Assembly (NCBI RefSeq): GCF_036321535.1
Contig: NC_087447.1
Coordinates: 46,006,001-46,066,000, forward strand
Direction of reading: 5' to 3'
Length of the DNA stretch: 60,000 nt
From: Camelus dromedarius
Lineage: Eukaryota
Made by a program: the position numbers and the translations under genes. The notes beneath the pieces are model-generated. The model did not search any database. It saw only the letters and a program-made list of their open reading frames with translations, and was not told where the DNA came from. Of this stretch, positions 11,790 to 24,320 are shown in pieces; position 1 is the first letter of the stretch, and each line of letters starts with the position of its first letter.

Positions 11790-12877
11790 TAATCTCTAAT
11801 ATATAGGTTCCAACTTCACATAAACTCTTTGAGAATAGGAAAATAAGGAACACTCCCTAATGAGTTTTATAAAACCAATTTTATTCATCATTGCAGAGAA
11901 GGACCCAGCCAGTGTAACCACACAAAGGAAAATAACACACACACAGAATAAACAGAAAGCAAAGAAGAAATATAAATACTATTACTTATAGAAAACCTGA
12001 TAGATTGTATAGAATACAAAAAAAAATCAACAAATAAACTTTTAAATTAAAATGGAGTTAGCAAGTCTTATGATACATCACCATACAGAGTATTTTTCAT
12101 ATTTTTCACTAACACTTAGAAGAGTAGATTTAAAGTGTTACCATTTAAAATACATGAAAAACCAAACACCAAAGAGTAAACCTCACAAAGGTATAAAGCA
12201 CCTCTACTCTGAAAACTATAAAACAGCATTGAAACTACAGAAATCCTGAGTAAATGGAGGTATAAACCATATTCATGGATTGACTGATTCAGTACTTTGA
12301 AGTATTATGAAATATTCTCCCCAAGATGGTTCAGTACAGTCCCACCAAAACTTCGGAATTTCTGTGTGGATTGGGATGTGTGTGTGTGTGTGTTAACTAG
12401 TTGTTCTAAAATTCATAATGAAAATTTAAAAATAAAGTTTTAAGTCTTACCCTATTCAATATCAGAACTTTTGCAAAGCTACAATGATTATGATAATGTG
12501 GTTTTTTTGCCCAGAATTAGAAAAATGGAGAATTAAAGCATAATAGAGTCCAAAACAGACACACTACATAAATGGACACTATTTGTAATAAATATGGAAC
12601 CATAGACCAGTGGAGAAAACATGGTCTCTCCATTGAAAATTGCTGAGTTAATTTTATATTCATGTACAGAAAATAAACTTGACCCTCACCTCATACCATA
12701 AACAAAGATCTGTTCCAAAGGGATTACAGATTTGAATGCAAACAATAAAAGATATAAAGTTCCTATAGATAACATTGGACAATGTATTTAAGTTGTTGGA
12801 CTAAGCAAATATTTCTTTAACATAACATATAAGGCACTAAAAATATGTGTATATATGTGTGTGTGTGTGTGTGTGTA

Positions 12878-12910
<33 letters not shown>

Positions 12911-13760
12911 ATAAAGAAGCCTAGCTTGCTCTAAATGAAAACAGGACATTCTGTCCATCAAAGGACACTTTCAAGAAAGTGAATATTAAAAAGAAGATTT
13001 GTGTACTATATGTATAAAGAACTCTATAAAATCAATAATAAAAATCAAACAAGCCAACAGAAAAATGGGGTAAAGTTTGGAATGGGCACTTCATAAGAAA
13101 CTAGATGCAAAGTGCAGTTAAACACATGAAAACATGTCTGACATCATTAGGAAAATGTGAACCAATTAATACCAAAATCAGATAGGCTCTAAAGCTCCAG
13201 AAATTGCTAACATTAAAAATACAGATACCACCAAATACTGGTAAAGATATGAATCAGTGGGAACTCTCACATGTTGGTATGAATGTAAATTAGTACAAAC
13301 TCTTTCAAAAACTATTTGATAGTGTCTCAAAGTTGACCCAGAAATTATACTCATAGAATATAACCAATAGAAATGCATATATGTGTGCTCAAAAAATATA
13401 ATAATCTTCCTAGCAGCATTATTTATAACCAAAACCTGAACACAATGAAAGTGTCCAGAAAAGGAAAAATTGACAATTTTTGGTGTGTTCAATTACAAGA
13501 ATATTTTAAATAATGAACACTTCCAACACACAGCATTGAGAAGTCTCATAAAGATAATGTGAAATGAGCCAGAAACAAAAGCATACATACTGCATTACTC
13601 AATTTATATACTTATATTTTATTATTTTGTAAATAAAAATTATAAGCTAACCCATTCTAAGGTGTTGAAAGTCAGGATAATAGTTACTTCTGGTGTAGAA
13701 GGAGGGGATAGCTAATGGGATGTGGCTGGGGATGGGGTACTAGAGGATATCTAGGAAGGA
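11790..13760 (+). mobile_element. Old fragmented L1 (ORF2 end and 3' UTR; L1M/L1ME-like)
   Basis: Decayed ORF2-like sequence (AAACTTGACCCTCACCTCATACCATAAACAAA; AATGGGCACTTCATAAGA; GTAAATTAGTACAAACTCTTT) interrupted by (TG)n. Confidence 0.7.
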
Positions 13761-13767
13761 TGTATAC

Positions 13768-13995
13768 CAGAATTGGCAAAATCTGGCCTGCAGGCCAAAC
13801 CTGGCCGCCATCTGTTTTATAAATGAAGCTTAATTTGAACCACGCCAGTTCAGAATAGTCTTTGGCTATATCATGCTATAACATCAAAATTAAGTAGTTA
13901 AGACAGAAAACTCTATGGCCTGAAAAAGCCTAAAATATGTACTATCTAGTACTTACAGAAAAAAAGAAAGAAAGAAAACCAAACTCACTGGCCTC
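13768..13995. mobile_element. hAT-Charlie MITE remnant (MER58-like)
   Basis: TTGGCAAAA..GGCCTGCAGGCCAAA..TGTTTTATAAAT..TATGGCCTGAAAAAGCCTAAAATATGTACTATCT..TTACAGAAAAAA. Confidence 0.7.
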
Positions 13996-14349
13996 TATTC
14001 CGTATATTTGGCTGGGTAACTGTTATGTATGATAAATCATTGAGCAGTGCGTTAATGAAATGCATAATTTGATGAATGGATGTTATTTTCTTTCTATCAA
14101 AATTTTATTTACAATCCAACAAATCATTATTTTCTTCCTATGATGTACCAGATGTGTTGTGGGCGTTTAGATGGTGTGTAAAGTGTGAAGTGCACAGTCT
14201 TTGTCCTCCAATCACATCAAAGTCTCAATGAAGAGTCGTGGCATGTCACACAGGGCAGGAGTAAATGTCACTGTATGTTAGTGTTTCTACACTCATTAGC
14301 AACAAAAGAGAGTACGCAACAACCAAAACAGATTTGGTTATCTATCTAA

Positions 14350-14900
14350 GTAGAAGTTATCTATAGCTGCATCACAAATTACCACAAACGCAGTGGCTTA
14401 AAAGAAGTAAAAATGTTTATCTCAGAGTTTCTGCCAGTCCAGAGTCTGGGCACAGCTGAGCTGAGTACTCTGCAAGGATGTAGTCAAGATGTCATTGGGG
14501 CCACGGTCTCTTCTGAGGCTCGACTAGGGAAGAATATGCTTTCAAGATCACATGATTGTTGGCAGGATTCAGTTAGTTCCTCATGGCCAGCTGGACTGAG
14601 GAACTCAGTTCTTGCTGACTGCTGGCTAGAGGGGCCACACTGAGTTGCTAGCTGGTTGTTGGCTGAAGACAGCCTTCAGTTCTCTGCCATGTGGGCCCAC
14701 CCTACATGACAGCTTGCTTCATTAAAACCAGGCTTTATGTAACAGAAGCACAGAAATAATATCCTGTCACCTTTGCCATGTTTTACTGGTTAAAATAAGT
14801 ATAGGACCTACCCACATTCAAGATCAGAGGATTACACAAGGGCTCAAGAAAGCAGGGGTAACCAGGCCCTATTTTATTATTTTATAATCTGTCCGTAACA
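14350..14900 (-). mobile_element. MaLR MLT1-type LTR
   Basis: GTTATCTATAGCTGCATCACAAATTACCACAAAC..GTGGCTTAAAA..TTTATCTCAGAGTTTCTG..TCACCTTTGCCAT..GGATTACACAAGGG. Confidence 0.75.
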
Positions 14901-15934
14901 GAAGGATGTGGGTGGAAACCATAGTTAGATTCTAAGCTCTTTAAAGGCAATAGTGGGACAACTTTTCATTCTTTAACACTGACTCATTAAATTTCAAACA
15001 TGATTTGCTCTTAGTTCATTTTTATTGTTGAAGTATCAGTCCAGACATTTGTTGGAGGTTCCAAGTAGAGCTATAGTGCTTGAATTGAAACCCTCACACT
15101 TTCTGGCATAAAGAGTTCTCACACAAGGAGACACAGGAACAATAGCCAAATAGACATTAAAGACAAATATCTAAGTGGGGAACACATTAGTGGATTTATG
15201 GATATCTAGGCAAATATATGACTCTCTCTGCCAGTGTGGGGCTTCTCTGTAGGAGAGGCACACAATGTTTGGGTGTGGATTTTTTACCTTTCCTATGGAT
15301 CTAGAATTGCTAGGACTGTACAGTAGTCTGCATCCATTACTCACCTGGCCACATTGACAAGGACAACCAAATTCCCCCAGGGGTCTCTATCCTTAAACTT
15401 ACTACTTCTGGAAAATAGCAAGTAAGAGAGCAAGAACACATGCACATGAGACCTCATCATCTACCTATAGTGACTGCAGCCACTAGCAAAATTGGGTCCA
15501 ATTAATATATCAGGAGCTGACCCATTTGCCGGGAAAAGCAAGTAGGTGGCTGAACAGAGATGGATTTGGGAGAGGATGTATCGTCCTCCCTCTGGATCAG
15601 TGTGGTAGTGTAAAAACAGGCTAGGAGACTGAAGTGCATGTTTCTTCTCTCTTCGTTGTCGCCATGATTATTCCAGTGAACACTGGTTTGCTTTCCTGTC
15701 TTCCTAGCACACTGATAATCTAGACATAATGACATGAATCTCTCTATTCCCCAGTGCCTAGAACAATGTCTAAGCTTTCCATTTATACAGATTATTTGGT
15801 TTATTTTGCTTTGTATTATTGTCCCTGTGGACCACTGGTCACTTGAGTTAATAGCCAGATCCCTTCCGAGATCACACAGCACTGTCCTGTATTAATAGAT
15901 GGAGAGAGGAGGATTTTGGTATTCTCTGTCTGCA

Positions 15935-16074
15935 GCCCCAGGGAGATTCACATTTTACCAATGGCCCCATAGATTAACTCCGCTTTCCTATAAAATAAGT
16001 GGCGCCAGAGCTATAGCTCATTCTCTCTCTGCTGTTGAAGACAGAGAAGGCTTCTCTTTGCACGTAAAACTGGT
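15935..16074 (+). promoter_or_regulatory. Candidate promoter and first non-coding exon of the 18265 OR
   Basis: O/E site CCCCAGGGAG 15936-15945, CCAAT 15958, TATAAAA 15989-15995, donor CTG|GTAAGA 16073. Confidence 0.6.
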
Positions 16075-16684
16075 AAGAAACAAGAGAAAAGTGTTCATTC
16101 TGTTGATTTTGTGCTTTGTTATCTATTCATAAATATTCATAGGAGCTAAAGAAAGGCAGATAACATTAGGTTTTACCTCTTCCATATAACACACAGATGG
16201 CTGAACTCTTCTAGTTTATAGTTAAATATTACAGTGTTTTTTTTTTTTCTCAGATTGAAGTGAACCCTGGAAACCGGCAATTAAAAGGGAACTGTAGAAA
16301 ACAAGCATGAAGGGAATGGTAACATGTATACTTGTTACAGGGAATTCACTCTCAGGAAGTAAACTCTACCTAGTATTTTAAAAAGCTTGATTGAAAAATA
16401 ATAGTATAATAACAAATACTGCTATTATTTGATTTTAAACCTTCCTAGAATTTATTATAACAATGTAAATTTACTACTTCAAAATTATTTTTTATATTTT
16501 AATTGAATAAGACTCTATAACATTTGTAACATTTCTGAGTGCATTGAGTCAACTGCCTCTTTTATTCTCTGCTGTGTCTACTAAAAACCTCTCTCATCCT
16601 CAAACCAGCCCCCATTACCTTCATAGCCCTTCTGCAGTAAATTTCCTTCTAATAATTCATGGAGGAAAAAAGTAGGCACTGGTT

Positions 16685-17060
16685 TAAAAGGAAGGAAATT
16701 CTAACATACGCTGTGATCTGGGTACTCTTGACGACATGGTATTGAGATAAGCCAGTGACAAAAGAATAAATACTCTATGATTCCATGTATATGAGATACG
16801 TAGAGTAGTCAAAATCATAGAGACAGAAAGTAGAATGGTGGTTGCCAGGGGATAGGGAAAGGGGAGAATGAGGAGTTGTTGCTTAATGGCTATGGAGTTT
16901 CAGTTTTGCAAGATAAGGAGTTATGGAGATGGATAATGGTGAAGGTTGCATAACATTATTAATGTATTTAAATCCACTGGACTGTACACTTAAAAATGGT
17001 TAGGGTAGTAAACTTTATGTTAGGTGAATTTGACCACAATTTTAAAAACTATAAAAAAAA
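16685..17060 (+). mobile_element. L1MB-like 3' end
   Basis: AGAGTAGTCAAAATCATAGAGACAGAAAGTAGAATGGTGGTTGCCAGGGG..ACTGTACACTTAAAAATGGTTA. Confidence 0.8.
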
Positions 17061-18264
17061 ACACACACACAAAAAACAAGTAGCCCTGAGTGACATTTCC
17101 CTCAGAGAAGCTTCCACCAACCTGCCACCTCTAGTGTCAGTGCAGATGTTGGCCCTCATCTTTGTGAGGTCTAATTACTGTCATGCTCTATCATCTATTC
17201 AGTCACCTGCTTTCTCATGGACTTTTCTATACCAGTTAACCCCTGTCATTCTATATTTTAATCTCTCAGTATGTACCATATCTTTAATCTCAGTTTAAAA
17301 ATATGTACGTTTCTCTAAGTCTTCCCAGTCTTATGAGAATCTTCCATCCACCTTATGGTCTTCTTTAGTCATGGCTTATTGTTCTTGCATTCACTGATAT
17401 GTTTCCAAAAATAATATACACTACTTACTTTTCCATTCATTCTTCAAGCCCCTGTAGCAGTTCCTCAGCTTTCATCACCGGACTTCACCTGTTTTTGATT
17501 TTGTTTTTGTTTTTCCTGTGTCATAGGGTCACTAGTCTGCTCTTAGTAACATTTGAAATTTTCAATCCTCAGAAGACCTGACTACTCAAGCAATTCAGCA
17601 CTGTTGTTCATGTAACACCCAGTCATGGCACCATGCTCTCTTGATTTTAGTGGTTTATGGAAAGCTGTCTAGTCTCATCTTGCTTTAGTGTATATAGTCT
17701 TTTCCAATAATTGCTGCAGATTTCCATCTTTACTAGTTTTCTCTTATAAATCTACTCTCTGAAGGTATTCACCCACACTATTGGATTAAAAATGGCACTT
17801 AGAATGATAACTCCCAAATGTATATTACCAGCAAAAATCTGGAGATGTTTGCCTGGAGATTCACACCCACATGCGCACTGAAGAGTAATGGATATCTTTA
17901 GGTGAATTACTTCTAGTCATTTCATACACGGTGTATTCAAAATTGAGTGTATTGATTTTTCTTAACTAATTCTTTATTCATTTAATCTTATGATCTGATG
18001 AAGCTTAAAATTCTGTCAATATAAAATGTAATTATCATCAAAGTGTATAAAATTATATTAACATATTTTCCTTGAATTTCAGAGTAAAATGTTTATTTAT
18101 ATACCTGTATACATGTAATAGAGTTTGACTGAGAGCTTTCACAATGACAAAGTACTTATCTATAACTTTAGATAGTGCTCCTAATCAAAAGAAAATTTAT
18201 CTAGATATTTTTATATAACAACATAATTTACTATTTCTATAGGAGGTGAGCATTGTGAAGAGAA

Positions 18265-19224
18265 ATGGTACAAATTTGGAACAACAAGGAGATCTTAGGT
18301 AACTTGACATCTAAATTTCTGACTTTCTTATTGACCGGCATTCCTGGCCTAGAGTTTGTCCATGCCTGGATCTCCATTCCTTTCTGCTGTCTTTATGCCA
18401 CTGCGCTCTCTGGAAACAGCATGATCCTGCTTGTCATCATTACCCAGCAGAATCTCCATGAGCCTATGTACTATTTCCTCTCTATGCTGTCAGCTGCTGA
18501 CTTGGGCTTGACTCTTTCTACAATGTCAACAACGTTAGGTATCCTCTGGTTTGATGCTTGTGAAATCAGTCTAGATACCTGCATTATCCAGATGTTTTTT
18601 CTTCATGGACTTACCTTCATAGAATCTGGGGTGCTGGTGGCTATGGCCTTTGACCGCTACGTGGCAATTTGTGATCCCCTGAGGTACGCTACCAAACTCA
18701 CTAATTACAGAATCATTCAGATGGGCCTCTTAATGATTATGCGCACAGTCACATTAATATTACCACTACTTTTGCTCCTTAAACCCCTCAATTTTTGTGG
18801 AGTGAATGTCCTTTCCCATTCCTACTGCTATCATCCAGATGTGATTAAATTAGCATGTTCAGATACTCGGGCCAATAGCATGTGTGGGTTAATTGATCTC
18901 ATCCTGACCACAGGAGTAGATATACCATGCATCGTCCTGTCTTACATCTTGATCATTCGCTCTGTCCTCAGTATTGCCGCCCCTGAAGAACGACACAAGG
19001 CCTTTAGCACCTGTGTCTCCCACGTTGGAGCAGTTGCTATTTTCTACATTCCCATGATGAGCTTGTCCTTGGTGCATCGCTATGGCCAGTCAGCCCCCAA
19101 AGCGGTCCATTCGATGATGGCCAATGTATACCTGCTCTTGCCCCCTGTGCTCAACCCCATCATCTACAGTGTAAAAACAAAACAGATTTGCAAGGCTATA
19201 CTCAGGTTTCTCCTTAAAAAATAA
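18265..19224 (+). CDS. OR51F1: Intact olfactory receptor 51F1-like (319 aa)
   Basis: Full OR motifs. EIL.N.TSKF.TFLLTGIPGLE, IITQQ.LHEPMYY, RIIQMGLLMI, LKPL.FC, RANS.CGLIDLILTTG and YG.SAP..VHS match human OR51F1 as I recall it. Acceptor TTTCTATAG at 18242. Confidence 0.9.
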   Translation: MVQIWNNKEILGNLTSKFLTFLLTGIPGLEFVHAWISIPFCCLYATALSGNSMILLVIITQQNLHEPMYYFLSMLSAADLGLTLSTMSTTLGILWFDACEISLDTCIIQMFFLHGLTFIESGVLVAMAFDRYVAICDPLRYATKLTNYRIIQMGLLMIMRTVTLILPLLLLLKPLNFCGVNVLSHSYCYHPDVIKLACSDTRANSMCGLIDLILTTGVDIPCIVLSYILIIRSVLSIAAPEERHKAFSTCVSHVGAVAIFYIPMMSLSLVHRYGQSAPKAVHSMMANVYLLLPPVLNPIIYSVKTKQICKAILRFLLKK

Positions 19225-19637
19225 ACAGAGATGATTAAGTTTGAGGAAAACATGATAGAAGTGGCTTTCACTGTACAAAAGCAATCCTGGTATGTTACTG
19301 AATATTAGAAATTTTTTCTCATTTTTTTCACTTATTCAACAAATATTTAGTAAGCATTTTTGTGTTTTAGTCATGAAATATATGTATATAGTCAGGATTT
19401 TACAGTCCAATCAGGGAAACAGGAAAATAATAATAATGAAATAATAAATATAATACCTATAGTAACTATAGTAACCATAGTAACAGACAGATCCTTAAAA
19501 CTCAGTTGCCAAAAATGGTAGAAAAATTCAAAGGAAAAAGGAGATACAAACCTGATGAGAGTCACATCAGTTTTATTGCAGTTGGCACAGTGGTCATTGG
19601 TAGGAGGGGGGCTTCATGAATCCCACAGCACTGGGGG

Positions 19638-19827
19638 CAGCAGTGTGCTGGAGCCAGCTCACACCTGCTTGCAGGAAGACACAGTGGGCATCTCTTCTCA
19701 ACTCTGTGTTCAGTGATGTCATATTGGCAGCTTGAAATCAGCATTTACAACCGTGGGAATTGATAAACACGACAAATGAAGAGTTTTGTCTCTTTGTTTT
19801 AAGCTTCAGTTTACTAGCACACTAGTG
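19638..19827. mobile_element. hAT MITE (MER63A-like)
   Basis: Degenerate TIRs CAGCAGTGTGCTGG and CTAGCACACTAGTG; internal CATCTCTTCTCAACTCTGTGTTCAGTGATGTCATATTGGCAGCTTGAAATC. Confidence 0.75.
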
Positions 19828-20275
19828 ACTGGGGGGGTCTATCTTATGTTTGGCCTTGTGAGAAGCAATAGAAATTAGAATGTCCAGAAAATGTAATCCC
19901 TTGCACTCAAGAAGCTTGAAGTCTAATGTGTGAAAGTAGTGATGTAGGCGAAAATGTTACAAAACAATGTATGAAGTGTTGTGATAGTTGATAATACAAG
20001 ATTATACCCCTTGTCTGTGTTGCCATCTGAGTTTAAAATGTTCCCCAAGATAAATGGAGGAGAAGAGTACTTTGGAAGTAACTGTGGGAAAACGTAAAGT
20101 ACTGTTGTGTCACCATGTTACTCTTCATAGAGGAATGCTCTCCTGAATTTTAAATTCATACACCCTATCTGGACATAACACTGAAAAATAGGAAAACACA
20201 AAATCTTTTTTTTCTTTTATCCTTTTGTTTTCTCTATCCATCAGATCCTTCCAGGTGAAATTAGATTATAAGATT

Positions 20276-20315
20276 TTCATTAGTTGCTTAGGGAATTCAT
20301 TAGTTGCTTAGGGAA
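20276..20315. repeat. Perfect 20-bp tandem duplication TTCATTAGTTGCTTAGGGAA x2
   Basis: Read directly. Confidence 0.95.
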
Positions 20316-21329
20316 CATCTCTTGTTTGAACAATACTATTTTATAAAGAATTGATTTGTAGATTTGGTTTAGAAATTCGGCTGTGCTCCCTGAATTGTAA
20401 ATGTGGGGAACTTTTGTTCTGGCAATTGTACATGCCTGTTAGTTGCTTCAGAAAGAGAGAATGCATAAGAATATTAAAGTTGAGGGATTTTGTTTTGAGA
20501 TTCTCATAGCACTACAGCATTATAAAGGTACTCCTAGCTTTAAAGAAAAGAATCTAGATATCTTTGGAAACATCTGGCTGGAACTGAGCATGAAAACAAG
20601 ATGATGGGCAAGGAGAAAAGTATTGGGGAACTTCTATGAGGTGCCAACAAAACTTAGACAATTTTATTTAGCTTGGGTTGTCTTGGTCAACCAAATGTCT
20701 AGGATACGACATATACATGCCACTGAGTGTGAGCCATTAAAGGGACTAGGCTAATGCCTGACTTAGTATGTCTAGTGGACTTGAAATATGTTTATTAAAT
20801 TAACATTCTAATAAATCACATTAGCTCAAGGGAGCATCATTAACAAGATGCTCATAAGAGAGCCTTGAAGATCTGGGTATCTCATCCCATAGGTCACAGG
20901 TAGAAATAAGAAAGGGACAAGGAAGGAAGAACAGCTGTATGAATGTGAAGTCATAACATTGTTTTCACTGTTTTTCCATACACTGTGGATGTCCTGATTG
21001 ATTTATGTGTACCTGTTGTTTTCTCTGTCTTTTCTCTCTATTCAATTGATTTATCTGATCAATTTGTGAAAAAAAAAATCCATCAAAATGTTTCCTGCAG
21101 AAGGATGGATCTAGTTGATGTTTCTCAGCCTTGAAGTAAGATGCTTACTTACCTACTTCATTAGCCAGTTTTACAAATAGGCTTTTATTGTCACCATTCC
21201 TCTGATGCAGCAGGTTAACCCCATGTTCAATTATGCCACTTCTCACTCTAAAATACCACATTCTTTCTTCTTTAGCTTTAACCTACATTGTATTCATAGT
21301 TCTACTTCTATGAATCATTCTTCAACCAA

Positions 21330-22165
21330 CAGAATAAAGTGGCTGAGGAAAGTGAGCAAGCTGGGATGGATAGATCACATAAGGTCAGAACACTCACCCT
21401 CAGATGACTTCCATGACAGGGCCCAAAGGACACACAATTCACTAAGGCTATTAGGAGTGACCTGTGAAAATTATCCCAGCGTACTAAGAAGTTAAGCAGT
21501 GGCTCTCCTCGTCTGACCGGGGATGACCGTAGGAGTTGCAGTCACAGATCCAGGCTCATTAATATCCATGCATATGGTGAAGTCTTGACATAATAGAGGC
21601 CAGACAGCAGTGGTTCATCACCAAAACCCAGAGGGCTGTGATGGTGAGAACCAACAAAGTCCAAAGGGCAGACAAGAGAGTTTAACATGCAAGAAGTTGT
21701 AGAGATGGTTAATTGAGCATGTCATCCCTGGGGCAAAACAGACAACCAGCTAAAAAGGGCTAGCTAGGTAGCATAACAAAAAGAAGACAAGAATGGATGG
21801 ATGAGAAAGAGGCTTAGAAGAACTGTTATACTCTGATATGAGCTTGACCTTGGGTGAAGGAGAGATAAGAGTAAGTTTGGGTAGAATGAAACATCTTAGA
21901 CTATAGTGCAGTTCTAAACAGAATTAGCCACGGCTACTGGGTATCCACAAGTCAAAGTCACCTGTCAGCGGAGTCCTGTGTGTTCCAGGACTGGACCTGC
22001 CTTAGTTTCCTGGCCACCCTCAACCATTGGCTGGAAGCTGCTTGTGGGAAGTGTGGCTTCCTTGGACTGTGATGGGTTTAAAAGCACAGCAGCTAGGACC
22101 ATTGTTCATCCTAATCTCAAATGTCAAAGGCACATTTTAATCACCAGCACATCTGTCAAAATAAG
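21330..22165. mobile_element. Decayed ERVL internal fragment followed by an LTR16-like LTR (minus)
   Basis: GGAGTCCTGTGTG..CCTGCCTTAGT..CTCAACCATTGGCTGG..GGGAAGTGTGGC resembles the reverse complement of LTR16. The preceding segment resembles ERVL internal sequence. Confidence 0.45.
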
Positions 22166-24169
22166 AGGCAAATATGTAGGATAGTACAAGGTGGAACCAA
22201 ACCACCAAACCTTGAAACAAGAGAAACCAGAGCATGTGCTCAGGAGACATTTAACCATCTGCCACTTCCCAGTCTGCATGTGCCTCTCTTGAAGCTTCAA
22301 ACACTCAGGAAACGGAGTAGCAGAGTGAAGAATATATGAAAATTTTAGAATTATTTTTGCAGCTTTTCCATAACCCAGAAATTATTTTGAAATATGTTGA
22401 AAATACTCATTAGGAAGCATCTCATTGGTCCTGCTGGAGTCAGGTATCAAAAGTCTCTACTACTCATCAGTCATGTGTACAAGCGCAGAGTATTGGGCCC
22501 ACCTCTGTGTCTAAGGCTGCTGTCAGAAAAGGGAGAATATTTTGCCAAAGGACTACCCAACATCACTCTAACACCCACTCTTTATCCAACAGAGTGCATT
22601 AAGAACATTCAATTAGAGACAGATGTCTTTAAAGCAAAGTCAAGATCCTGGGGATTAAATGATTGGCTAAACAAAAGAATGTAGTCAAAAGTTTCCCTTT
22701 TAGCGAAACTGCTCAAGGCCAAAGTATCAAAGATTACAAAATCACTGATAAATAACAGAGCAGTTACATAAAATTACGGCGTGTAAACATGTTATTAGCA
22801 CTCCATAGGCCAAGAGAGATGGCTTCAGATATTTTGAAGCAAAGATTGAAAGGTAATCAAGATAAAAAAAAGTTACTTTGTTAGGCACAGAAATAATAAA
22901 ATATCCCTCGCATATAATTTATATTCTTATAAAATTTTCATGTTTATTATGTTAAATAATTACTTATTCTGACAATTACTCTTTTATGAACTCAATTTAA
23001 TACTAAATACTTTGCTGCTAATAACAAATAATGCTACACACCATTAAACTTTAAGGAAACTAATAATTCTTAGTCTGGGACAATTTATGAGAATTAACCA
23101 AAATATGCAAAAAGCAACTACAAAATGTCTGTAGTAGCTTAAATCTATGTTTCTGTACTCATTGTCCTATGTTGTGTTGGACAGACAGGAAAGAAATCCA
23201 TTACTGAAAACTAATTTTCACAAAAATATACATTTATTTGTCCATCATTTATTCATTTGGTGAATATTTATCTACACCTACTATGTGTAAAAATAAATAA
23301 AGCATACTCTCTAAAAACATGTATTCTCATGAAGTATTTTTAACCATGTCTTTTTACCAGAATAACCCACATGCCCAATTAATACCTCAAAGTCAGCAAG
23401 TCTGAAACCAAACTTATTTGGTTTCATTAAGAAACAAATCCTGTTGATGAGTGAAATTATTTCTGATAATGAAGGATGCAAGGTGATTCAAAGTTTTTCT
23501 TCTTTGAAAACACTTGACCAGTTGATCCTCTGACCTGGACATGTTTCTGTTTAAATTTCTGTTTGATCAACTGTGTCTACCAGTACATGTCAGAAAAAGA
23601 AAAAAATATGTTTTAGCCTAAATAACTAAGACTAAATAAGATAATGTACTTGAAATTACTTGGAAAAGAATAATCACTATACAGATGTTAATTAATATAA
23701 TCCTTGAGAACCAACCTATTTTTTTTCTGAAAGTTGCTTCCACTTGAGTCACGCTGTTGCCAAATCTTTCTTCTTGTATTGAAAGGGCTACCCCTCTGCT
23801 GCCCCTTGACTTGTGATTCTGTTTTACTCCTTGCTTCTGAATTGTAGGATACATGTTTTCGTTTTAACAAACAATGCATATACACTGTGTACGTGGTACT
23901 ATGCTATTACCTGGAGATACTTTCAAAGCATTCACTTAGTTGTACATAAAAATCTATAGATTCTTTACAAGAAGTACACAGAATAAAAACCAAGAGGAAA
24001 ATACCAGATCGTCATCTTAAATGCAGTATCTATGTTCAAAGTAACAGTTCAATTTCATTTTTAATTAAAACATGTAAACAGAGAGTTACTGCATCATTAT
24101 GTTTATTTTTCTTTGTTTGGTTCTTTTTCACCTGTCTTAGCATCCACATTTTCTGATGCCAGATAAGTA

Positions 24170-24320
24170 ATCTGGAGCCAGGGAGGCAAAGCACTAAAGA
24201 AGAAATCCCCCTAGAGTGTGTTTATCCCAGTTGGGTAAATGACTACACCATCAAGATTCCGTATAAAAATTCTCCATTCATAGAGGTAAATGGGTGATCT
24301 TCATATACCCACTCTAAGTA
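24170..24320 (+). promoter_or_regulatory. Candidate promoter and first exon for the 28890 OR
   Basis: O/E-like GCCAGGGAG and TCCCCCTAGAG, TATAAAA 24262-24268, donor-like AA|GTAAGA 24318. Confidence 0.35.

Noticed and set aside
19453..19484. TAGTAAC(T/C)A short tandem repeat
   Set aside because: Only about three 9-bp units, consistent with ordinary slippage.
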